Shown: piece after piece, positions 20,823 through 28,683 of the stretch
Numbering within the stretch: position 1 is the first letter of the stretch
How the letters are laid out: every line of letters starts with the position of its first letter
Assembly: GCF_000008565.1 (NCBI RefSeq)
Contig: NC_001263.1
Span: 795,776 to 827,775, forward strand
Reading direction: 5' to 3'
From: Deinococcus radiodurans R1 = ATCC 13939 = DSM 20539
Lineage (GTDB): Bacteria > Deinococcota > Deinococci > Deinococcales > Deinococcaceae
DNA length: 32,000 nucleotides
The notes under the pieces: model-generated
Told to the model about the DNA's origin: nothing
The model's database searches: none
What the model saw: only the letters and a program-made list of their open reading frames with translations
Position numbers and translations under genes: made by a program

Positions 20823-21667
20823 GCCTGGACCTCGGGCGCGGTGGTCTCCGGGCTTTGCTCGGCGGGTTGGGTGGCTTCGGGTTCTGCGTTAGGGAGAGGT
20901 TCTGAAACAGGCAAAGTGGCCTCGGAAGCTTCCGGCAGCACCGCCTCCGCCTCTGTCTCCGGCTCGCGCTGTTCCGGGCGGCGCGGCGGTTCCCAGGGTT
21001 CCACCCGCGTGACCGGCGCGGTGGCGGCGAGGCTGGACAGGGTGGGGAAGAGGTCGTCCTCTGCCGCTTCTGCGGTGGGTTCTGCGGGCGGGGCGGGGGC
21101 AGGCACTGCCGCTTTTGCCAGCGCTTCCTGTGCGAGTCCCGGCAGGCGGCTGATGGCCGAGAGCAACGCTTCCTCGACGGCGGGCTGCGGCAGGCCGCTG
21201 ATTTCTGCGAGGCGGGCGGGCGGCTCGCCGCAGTAGTAGGCCAGCGCCAGCAGGTGCAGGTCCTGGTCGCCGGGGGTGTCGAGGCGCCCGAACTGGTCGT
21301 GCAGCCGCAGGGTGCCGCCCGCGCCGCGCCGCAGTTGCAAGAAGCGGTGGTGGGCGATGCTGATGAGCCAGCCATGCACGCTGGCCCGCGCGGGTTCGTA
21401 GTGGGCGGCGTGGTGCCAGGCGGTCATGAGCGCGTCCTCGACTCCTTGCTGAATGGCCTCGGGCGACGCCAGAATGCGCCCGCCGAGGCCGTAGAGCGCC
21501 CGGGCGTAGCGGCGGTGCAGTTCGAGCAGCGCGCCCTCGTGCCCGGCGGCCATGTCGCGCAGCACCTGTTCGTCGCTGGGAAAAGCCGGAGCGGGCCCTG
21601 GCCGGGCGCCGGAATCGGTCGAAAAAGGCCCCGCAGGGGGGGCGTGGGAGAAGGGGTCGGCGCTCAT
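20819..21667 (-). CDS. ECF-type sigma-70 family factor with a ~105-aa acidic Pro/Glu/Ala-rich C-terminal tail
   Basis: Region 2 is VEDALMTAWHHAAHYEPARASVHGWLISIAHHRFLQLRR. Region 4 HTH is LLALAYYCGEPPARLAEISGLPQPAVEEALLSAISRL. The stop TGA overlaps the anti-sigma ATG (ATGA at 20819-20822). Confidence 0.8.
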   Translation of the reverse strand: MSADPFSHAPPAGPFSTDSGARPGPAPAFPSDEQVLRDMAAGHEGALLELHRRYARALYGLGGRILASPEAIQQGVEDALMTAWHHAAHYEPARASVHGWLISIAHHRFLQLRRGAGGTLRLHDQFGRLDTPGDQDLHLLALAYYCGEPPARLAEISGLPQPAVEEALLSAISRLPGLAQEALAKAAVPAPAPPAEPTAEAAEDDLFPTLSSLAATAPVTRVEPWEPPRRPEQREPETEAEAVLPEASEATLPVSEPLPNAEPEATQPAEQSPETTAPEVQA

Positions 21668-21912
21668 GCTTCTGCCGGTCAGCTTACCGCACTGTTCCTG
21701 CCACTGTTCCCGCCCGGCACCCGCCTCGGCGCACTGGCCCGGAGAGAGCCGCCAGTGAGAGTCGCCGGGGGGAAATGGGAAGAGTGCCCCTGGTCAGGCG
21801 CCCGGCTTCGCTCTAACCTCTGCCCAACCAGGGCGTGGTGTACTGCGGCCCGTCGCGGTCTTTCCGGCGTCCCTGTTCACGTTTTCGCTCTCACTTTTTC
21901 TGGAGGAACTCC

Positions 21913-22233
21913 ATGTCACTTGGACCATTCGAAATTATCCTGATTCTGGTCGTGATCGCTCTCCTGTTCGGTGCCAAAAAGCTCCCCGAGCTGATGAAAG
22001 GCATGGGCCAGGGCATCCGCGAGTTCAAGAACGAGGTCAAGGACCCCGCCGCGCCGGTGCCGCCTCTCCAGCCCGGCCAGCCCCTCCAGCCGGGTCAGAC
22101 CGCGCAGACCACCGTGACCGCTCAGCCGGTGGTGGACGTGGCCTCGCGCCAGCTCGACCCCATGATCGACCCGGTGACGGGTGCGCCGGTGGTCAACGAA
22201 CCCGTCGTGCAGGTGCCCGGCGAGCGCCGCTGA
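21913..22233 (+). CDS. tatA: twin-arginine translocase subunit TatA/E
   Basis: GGAGG (21902-21906) sits 6 nt before ATG 21913. The N-terminus MSLGPFEIILILVVIALLFGAKKLPELMKGMGQGIREFK is followed by a Pro/Gln-rich tail. Confidence 0.9.
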   Translation: MSLGPFEIILILVVIALLFGAKKLPELMKGMGQGIREFKNEVKDPAAPVPPLQPGQPLQPGQTAQTTVTAQPVVDVASRQLDPMIDPVTGAPVVNEPVVQVPGERR

Positions 22234-22273
22234 GGCCCGCACGTCGAGACTGAAGACTGAAAGGACGACTGCC

Positions 22274-23086
22274 ATGACCCAATTGCCGCCCCCGGAGCAG
22301 ACCGTGCTTAAGCCAGCCCCGCCGGAACTGGCGAGCGCGCCGCTGTTCGACCACCTTGAGGAGCTGCGGCGGCGCCTGATTCTCAGCGTCGTGTTTCTGG
22401 CCGTCGGCATGGTGATCGCCTTTACCTACCGCGTGCAGCTTATCGAGCTGGTCAAGGTGCCGCTGACCTACTCGGAGCTCTACACCACCGGCAAGGTGCA
22501 GCTCGTGACCACCAAGCTCGCCTCGCAGCTCTTGCTGAGTTTCAACCTCGCCTTCTGGGCGGGGCTGACGCTGGCGCTGCCTTTTATCGTGTGGCAGATC
22601 TGGGCGTTTATCGCGCCGGGGCTCTACCCGCAGGAGCGGCGCTGGGGCCTGCCCTTCATCCTGGGCGCGGGGTTCGCCTTCGCGGCGGGCGTGGTGTTCG
22701 GCTACAAGCTGGTGCTGCCGACGATGGTGCCCTTCCTGATCGAGTTTCTGGCCGGGACCGTCACCCAGATGCAGGACCTGCAGGAGTACATCGGTACCGT
22801 CGTGACCTTTCTGGTCGCTTTCGGGGTGGCCTTCGAGCTGCCGATCCTGGCGGTGATCCTGACGCGGCTGGGCATCGTCAACCATACGATGCTGCGCCAG
22901 GGCTGGCGCTTTGCGCTGATCGGCATCATGATTCTGGCCGCCGTCATCACGCCCACCCCTGACCCCGCCAACATGGCGCTGGTGGCGGTGCCGCTCTACG
23001 CGCTGTACGAACTCGGCGTGGTGCTCTCGCGGGTCTTCCGCGTGATTGCGCCCGAGGAACAGGAGCGGCCCGCGCCGATGTCCTGA
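22274..23086 (+). CDS. tatC: twin-arginine translocase subunit TatC
   Basis: PLFDHLEELRRRLI is followed by a six-TM profile with FIAPGLYPQERR. Confidence 0.9.
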   Translation: MTQLPPPEQTVLKPAPPELASAPLFDHLEELRRRLILSVVFLAVGMVIAFTYRVQLIELVKVPLTYSELYTTGKVQLVTTKLASQLLLSFNLAFWAGLTLALPFIVWQIWAFIAPGLYPQERRWGLPFILGAGFAFAAGVVFGYKLVLPTMVPFLIEFLAGTVTQMQDLQEYIGTVVTFLVAFGVAFELPILAVILTRLGIVNHTMLRQGWRFALIGIMILAAVITPTPDPANMALVAVPLYALYELGVVLSRVFRVIAPEEQERPAPMS

Positions 23087-23127
23087 GCGCCTCCCCCCCC
23101 CGCGCCGCCTCCCCCCCGCGCGCCCCC
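23087..23127. repeat. C-tract cluster (C9, C7, C5 separated by GCGC-type spacers); G-runs on the minus strand
   Basis: The sequence is GCGCCTCCCCCCCCCGCGCCGCCTCCCCCCCGCGCGCCCCC, immediately after the tatC stop. Confidence 0.8.
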
Positions 23128-23155
23128 TTCCGTGCCCCGGAGGGGGCCTTTTTTG
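23122..23155 (+). terminator. intrinsic terminator after tatC
   Basis: GCCCCCT(T)CCG pairs with CGGAGGGGGC (10 bp, one bulged T), followed by CTTTTTTG. Confidence 0.65.
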
Positions 23156-23227
23156 GCGCTGTTTGCCGGGTGTGTTTCCCGCGGCGCTTCCCGCTCACCC
23201 CCAGGGCATACACTGACCCGCAGACCT

Positions 23228-24151
<924 letters not shown>

Positions 24152-24186
24152 TCCAGCCGCAGGGCTGAGCCAGACGAACTATGCAA

Positions 24187-24218
24187 GGGCCGGGGCGAAC
24201 GCTGCCTCGGCCCGTTTT
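24187..24218 (+). terminator. intrinsic terminator after lgt
   Basis: GGGCCGGGGC (24187-24196) pairs with GCCTCGGCCC (24204-24213), including one G-U pair, followed by GTTTT. Confidence 0.6.
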
Positions 24219-24289
24219 CCTGCCCCTTCCGGGCTTGTCCCTTTCCGTCTCATCTCTTCAGCCTCTACACTGCGCCAAAGGTGACAACC

Positions 24290-25744
24290 ATGACCGAACA
24301 AACCCGTCCCCTGGACGTAGTGATTCTTGCCGCCGGGCAAGGCACCCGCATGAACTCCGCCCTTCCCAAGGTGCTGCACCCCGTCGCGGGCCGCCCGATG
24401 GTCGCCTGGGCCGTGAAGGCCGCCCGTGACCTCGGCGCGCGCAAAATAGTCGTCGTGACCGGGCACGGCGCCGAGCAGGTGGAAGCCGCCGTGCAGCAGC
24501 CCGGTGTGGCGTTTGCCCGTCAGGAGAGGCAGCTCGGGACCGGCGACGCCTTTCTCAGCGGAGCCTCGGCGCTCACGGAAGGCGGCGCCGACATTCTGGT
24601 GCTTTACGGCGATACGCCGCTGCTGCGGCCCGACACCCTGCGCGAACTCGTCGCCAGCCACCGCGAGCAGGGCAGCGCCATGACCGTGCTGACCGGCGAA
24701 CTGCCCGACGCCACCGGCTATGGCCGCATCGTGCGCGGTGAGGGCGGCGCGGTGGAGCGCATCGTGGAGCAGAAAGACGCCAGCGACGCTGAAAAGGCCA
24801 TCGGGGAATTCAACTCCGGCGTCTATGTCTTCGACGAGCGGGCGCCCGAACTCGCCCGGCGCATCGGCAACGACAACAAGGCGGGCGAGTACTACCTGAC
24901 CGACCTGCTCGGCCTTTACCGCGCGGGAGGCGCCACCGTCCGCGCCTTTCGCCTCTCCGACCCCGACGAGGTGCTCGGCGCCAACGACCGTGCGGGCCTG
25001 ACGCAGCTTGAGGCCACCCTGCAACGCCGCATCAACGAGGGGCACCTGAAAGCGGGCGTGAGCATCTCGCTGCCCGGCACCGTGCTGATCGAAGACACCG
25101 TGGAGATCGGGCGCGACGTGGTGATCGAACCCGGCGCATTGCTGCGCGGGCAAACGCGAATTGCCGGGGGCGCCGTGATCGGGGCGTACTCGGTCATCAC
25201 CGACTCGGTCATTCACGAGCGGGCCGTCATCAAGGCCCACAGCGTGCTGGAACAGGCCGAAGTCGGCGCGGGGAGCGACGTGGGGCCCTTTGCCCGCCTG
25301 CGCCCCGGCAGCGTGCTCGGCGAGGGCGTTCACATCGGCAACTTCGTGGAAACCAAGAACGCGCGGCTCGATGCGGGCGTCAAGGCGGGGCACCTCGCTT
25401 ACCTCGGTGACGTGGAAATCGGTGCGGAGACCAACGTCGGCGCGGGCACCATCGTCGCCAACTTCGACGGCCTGAACAAGCACCAGAGCAAAGTCGGCGC
25501 GGGCGTCTTCATCGGGTCCAACACCACCCTGATCGCGCCGCGCGTGGTGGGCGACGCGGCGTTCATCGCGGGCGGCAGCGCCATTCACGACGATGTTCCC
25601 GAAGGGGCGATGGCTGTGGCACGCGGCAAACAGCGCAACATCGAGGGCTGGGCGCGGCGCTACTGGGCGGCCCCCGAGCGACGCGAGAAACTTGCCAAGA
25701 AGCTGCCCTGGCTGGCGGGGTGGCTGAGCCGGACGCAGGGGTAA
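24290..25744 (+). CDS. glmU: bifunctional UDP-N-acetylglucosamine pyrophosphorylase / glucosamine-1-phosphate N-acetyltransferase
   Basis: LAAGQGTRM is present, followed by a nucleotidyltransferase domain and C-terminal left-handed beta-helix hexapeptide repeats. AAGGTGA lies upstream of ATG 24290. Confidence 0.92.
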
Positions 25745-25764
25745 GGGGCCGGACGCAGGGGTAA
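25728..25764 (+). repeat. 17-bp perfect direct repeat with a 20-bp period, spanning the glmU stop codon
   Basis: GCCGGACGCAGGGGTAA occurs at 25728-25744 and again at 25748-25764. Confidence 0.85.
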
Positions 25765-25778
25765 AGGAAAAAGTGGAG

Positions 25779-25819
25779 GGGCGCCGAGGGCCGCAGGGTT
25801 CCGGGCGCCCTTTTTCTTT
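25779..25819 (+). terminator. intrinsic terminator after glmU
   Basis: GGGCGCC (25779-25785) pairs with GGCGCCC (25804-25810). Imperfect inner pairing is present, followed by TTTTTCTTT. Confidence 0.5.
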
Positions 25820-25872
25820 GGCCGTTGTTACCCTGCTCCCTTGCCCCGGCCATTTGCCAGCCGCCGTCCGCC

Positions 25873-25878
25873 TACAAT
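25873..25878 (+). promoter_or_regulatory. -10 box TACAAT, 8 nt upstream of ATG 25887
   Basis: This is a near-consensus -10 right after the glmU terminator, with no SD before the start. Confidence 0.5.
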
Positions 25879-25886
25879 GCCCCCGC

Positions 25887-26771
25887 ATGTCCGCCGCGCC
25901 GCCCCGCCTCCTGCTGCCTCTGTCCCGCCTGCTGGTCATCTCACGCCCTGCGTTGTGGGTGAACACCATCGGCACGCTGGTGACGGGCGTGTGGCTGACC
26001 GGGCGGTTGTATACGCTCGACGGCGGGGTGCTCGCGCTGCTGCTGTACCTGACGCTGCCGTTCAACCTGCTGATCTACGGCCTCAACGACCTCGCCGACC
26101 GTGAGGAGGACGCCCGCTCGAGCCGCAAGGGGGGCTGGCAGGGCGCCCGGCTGCGGCCCGAGGAGGAAGGCCCGCTGCGCCGCTCCACGCTGCTGCTCAA
26201 CGCGCCGCTGCTGCTGGGGCTGGCGATGTGGTTGCCGCCCGCCGCGACCGCCACATTGCTGCTCGCGGCGGCCCTGTTCGTGGGCTACAGCCTGCCGCCG
26301 CTGCGCTTCAAGGCGCGGCCCTTTCTGGATGGCCTGAGCAACGTGGCCTATGCGCTGCCGCTCGCGCTGCCGGCTCTGGCCCTCGGTGCGCCGGTCCCCT
26401 GGGCGCCGCTGCTCGCGCTGATGAGTTACTCGGTGGGCAAGCACGCCTTCGACGCCGCGCAGGACATTCCCGCCGACCGCGCCGCCGGGACGCGCACGGT
26501 GGCGACCACGCTCGGCACGCGGGGCGTCGCGGCCTACGCGCTGGCGTGGTTCACGCTCGCCGGGGCGCTGCTGTGGCCGGTGTCGCGCCTGACCGCGCTG
26601 GCGCTGTGGCTCACCTGCGGCGGCATGGCGCTCGCGCTGCTGCGGCGCCCGGCGCCCGAGCAGGCGGGCAGGCTCTATCCGCTGAGCATCGTCACGCCCT
26701 GGATTGTGGGCAGCGTGGCGGGTGTGCAGCTCGTCTACCTCCTGGCGCGCGGCCAGTGGGACGGCCTGTGA
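25887..26771 (+). CDS. UbiA-family aromatic/isoprenoid prenyltransferase (294 aa, polytopic membrane protein)
   Basis: The first Asp-rich motif is NDLADREED (26085-26111, NDxxDxxxD) and the second is [13 protein letters not shown]. Eight to nine hydrophobic segments are present. Confidence 0.8.
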   Translation: MSAAPPRLLLPLSRLLVISRPALWVNTIGTLVTGVWLTGRLYTLDGGVLALLLYLTLPFNLLIYGLNDLADREEDARSSRKGGWQGARLRPEEEGPLRRSTLLLNAPLLLGLAMWLPPAATATLLLAAALFVGYSLPPLRFKARPFLDGLSNVAYALPLALPALALGAPVPWAPLLALMSYSVGKHAFDAAQDIPADRAAGTRTVATTLGTRGVAAYALAWFTLAGALLWPVSRLTALALWLTCGGMALALLRRPAPEQAGRLYPLSIVTPWIVGSVAGVQLVYLLARGQWDGL

Positions 26772-28123
26772 AGTCGCCTGTGGAGTCGGTCGGCATCCTG
26801 GGCGGCGGCCTCGCCGGACTCGCGCTCGCCTGCCTGCTCGCCGGGCGCGGGCACGCCGTCACGGTGTACGAACGGGACCGCGCCGGGGGCAAGCTGCGCC
26901 GTGCGGAGGCAGGCGGGCTGACCTTCGACACTGGCCCGAGCCTCTTCACCTTTCCCGAGGTCTGGCGCGCGCTGCTTGCCCGCCTCGGCGAACCCGACCC
27001 GCTGGAGCTGCGCCCCCTGCCGGGCGGCCTGGGCGTGCAGCACACCCCGTTCGGCGCGCTGCCGCTGCCGGTGCCGCCGGAGCATCCGCTGGCGGGCGAG
27101 TGGCAGCGGTACGTCGCCGCCGTCTCCCCGCTGCGTTCCCACCTGCTGGCGCTGCTGACCACACCGCCGCGCCTGACTTCGCCGGACTTTCTGCGCGCCA
27201 GTCGGGCATTGGCGGGGGTGCTCGGCCCCCACCTCAGTGCTGAGAGCTGGATTGCCGCCCACGACTTTGCTCCGGCGCTCGCCCACGCGCTGCGGACGCA
27301 GGCGCTCAATGCCGGTCTGCCGCCGCAAGACGCCCCGGCGCTGTATGCGCTGCTGCCCGGCCTGATCGGTGCCGAGGTCTACCGCCCGGCGCGCGGCATG
27401 GGCGCAGTGTTGGACGCTCTGCTCGACTTTGCCCGGCGGCGCGGCGTGACGGTGCGTGAGGGAACCGAGGTCACGCGGCTGAGCGGCTCCCAACTGACCC
27501 TCAGCGGCGGGGAGGTCTGCCGCCACGACCTGTTGGTGAGCGCCCTCGATCCGGCGCGGCTGGCGCGGCTGCGCGGGCAATCAGACGCCTCGCCCCTCGC
27601 CCGGCGCACGGTCAGCGGACTGGCGCTGTATTTCGCGCTGGCGGGGGAGAGCGGCCTCCCGGCGACCTCGGTGCTGCCGCCAAGCGACTTCGGCGTATTT
27701 CGGCGCTCGCTGCACGCGGGGACGTTGCCGCCCGACACCCTGACCCTCGTTCACGCGGAGGGGCGGAAACTGGCGGTGCTGCTTACCGTTCCGGCATTGT
27801 CCCGGCACCTGAACAGCGGGCATCCCTGGGTGCAGGCCCAGCTCCGGCGGGTGGAAACGGTGCTGCACGCGCCGGGGCTTTTGCAAGGCGCAGCGGTCAC
27901 CGCCCTCGACCCCCTGCACTACGCGGCGGGCGGGCACCCTGGCGGGGCCATCTACGGCGCGGCGGCTCCGCTGTGGCGCGCTGGGCCGTTTCATCCGCAG
28001 CCCTACCGCCTCGCGCCGGGGCTGTGGCAGGTGGGGACCGGCGTGCATCCCGGCGGCGGCCTGCCCGCGATTTTCGGGGGGGCGCTGATTGTGGACGGGT
28101 TGCTGGCTCTTATACGGCTTTAA
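26768..28123 (+). CDS. CrtI/CrtD-family FAD-dependent oxidoreductase (phytoene-desaturase-like)
   Basis: GTG 26768 overlaps the upstream TGA (GTGA). The N-terminus is [35 protein letters not shown] and the C-terminal family motif is [17 protein letters not shown]. Confidence 0.8.
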   Translation: MKSPVESVGILGGGLAGLALACLLAGRGHAVTVYERDRAGGKLRRAEAGGLTFDTGPSLFTFPEVWRALLARLGEPDPLELRPLPGGLGVQHTPFGALPLPVPPEHPLAGEWQRYVAAVSPLRSHLLALLTTPPRLTSPDFLRASRALAGVLGPHLSAESWIAAHDFAPALAHALRTQALNAGLPPQDAPALYALLPGLIGAEVYRPARGMGAVLDALLDFARRRGVTVREGTEVTRLSGSQLTLSGGEVCRHDLLVSALDPARLARLRGQSDASPLARRTVSGLALYFALAGESGLPATSVLPPSDFGVFRRSLHAGTLPPDTLTLVHAEGRKLAVLLTVPALSRHLNSGHPWVQAQLRRVETVLHAPGLLQGAAVTALDPLHYAAGGHPGGAIYGAAAPLWRAGPFHPQPYRLAPGLWQVGTGVHPGGGLPAIFGGALIVDGLLALIRL

Positions 28124-28178
28124 TCCGATTCCCGAACATCCGGAAAGGCGCCGGATGCCCGTCCATTTGAAACCGTAT
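28112..28178. repeat. 67-nt hairpin repeat, copy B (same family as 18385-18455)
   Basis: Arms ATACGGCTTTAA (28112-28123) and TTGAAACCGTAT (28167-28178) pair at 10 of 12 positions plus one G-U. The core CCGGAAAGGCGCCGGATGCCCGTCCATTT is about three-quarters identical to copy A by eye. Confidence 0.65.
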
Positions 28179-28522
28179 TACCTCCCTCTGAACACGAAAT
28201 ACACCGCGCCCATCATGCACAGCGCCGCCCACAGGTAATTCAGCCGCAGCGGCTCGCGCAGGTACAGCACGGCGAAGGGCACGAAGACCGCCAGCGAGAT
28301 GACCTCCTGCAACATCTTGAGTTGCGCGACCGTCAGCACCTGATGCCCGATGCGGTTGGCGGGCACTTGCAGCAGGTACTCGAAAAAGGCGATGCCCCAG
28401 CTCGCCAGCACCGCCAGAAGCAGCGGGCGAGCGGCCATTTTGCCCAGCAGGCCGTACCACGCGAAGGTCATGAAGACGTTCGAGAGGGTCAGCAGCAAGG
28501 CGGTGCGCAGGACAGGTGACAT
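28178..28522 (-). CDS. small DMT-superfamily-like membrane protein (114 aa)
   Basis: The sequence MSPVLRTALLLTLSNVFMTFAWYG...LWAALCMMGAVYFVFRGR has four hydrophobic segments. ATG 28522 lies 6 nt after TACCCT. The rest of track ORF 28178-29599 is antisense to the protease gene. Confidence 0.6.
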   Translation of the reverse strand: MSPVLRTALLLTLSNVFMTFAWYGLLGKMAARPLLLAVLASWGIAFFEYLLQVPANRIGHQVLTVAQLKMLQEVISLAVFVPFAVLYLREPLRLNYLWAALCMMGAVYFVFRGR

Positions 28523-28528
28523 GCGCGG

Positions 28529-28534
28529 AGGGTA
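28529..28534 (-). promoter_or_regulatory. -10-like box TACCCT (minus strand), 6 nt upstream of ATG 28522
   Basis: Leaderless-type spacing. Confidence 0.4.
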
Positions 28535-28616
28535 GCAGTCCCGTGCACAGGTTCGGCGCCGAGCCCGGGGCGCTGGCGGTCGGGGGGCCGCACCCACGAA
28601 AAACCCCCAGCCGCAA

Positions 28617-28665
28617 ACCCCCAGCGGCAGCCGGGGGTCTTGTTCTGCCGGCTGCCGCTGGGGGT
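28617..28665 (-). terminator. 18-bp perfect hairpin downstream of the protease gene
   Basis: ACCCCCAGCGGCAGCCGG (28617-28634) pairs with CCGGCTGCCGCTGGGGGT (28648-28665) around a 13-nt loop. On the minus strand the nearest U-tract is about 20 nt further downstream (plus-strand AAAAA at 28599-28603). Confidence 0.55.
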
Positions 28666-28683
28666 TCGCCCCCCTCTGTGGGG

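Noticed and set aside
25773-25886. The track places the start of the UbiA ORF at GTG 25773.
   Set aside because: That codon lies inside the glmU terminator hairpin. ATG 25887 follows a TACAAT box and begins the hydrophobic N-terminus.
26228-26767. An N-terminal 180-codon extension of the CrtI-like ORF appears in the six-frame track.
   Set aside because: The extension completely overlaps the UbiA gene and is Arg/Ala-rich. The FAD-binding GxGxxG motif begins right after GTG 26768, which overlaps the UbiA stop (GTGA coupling).
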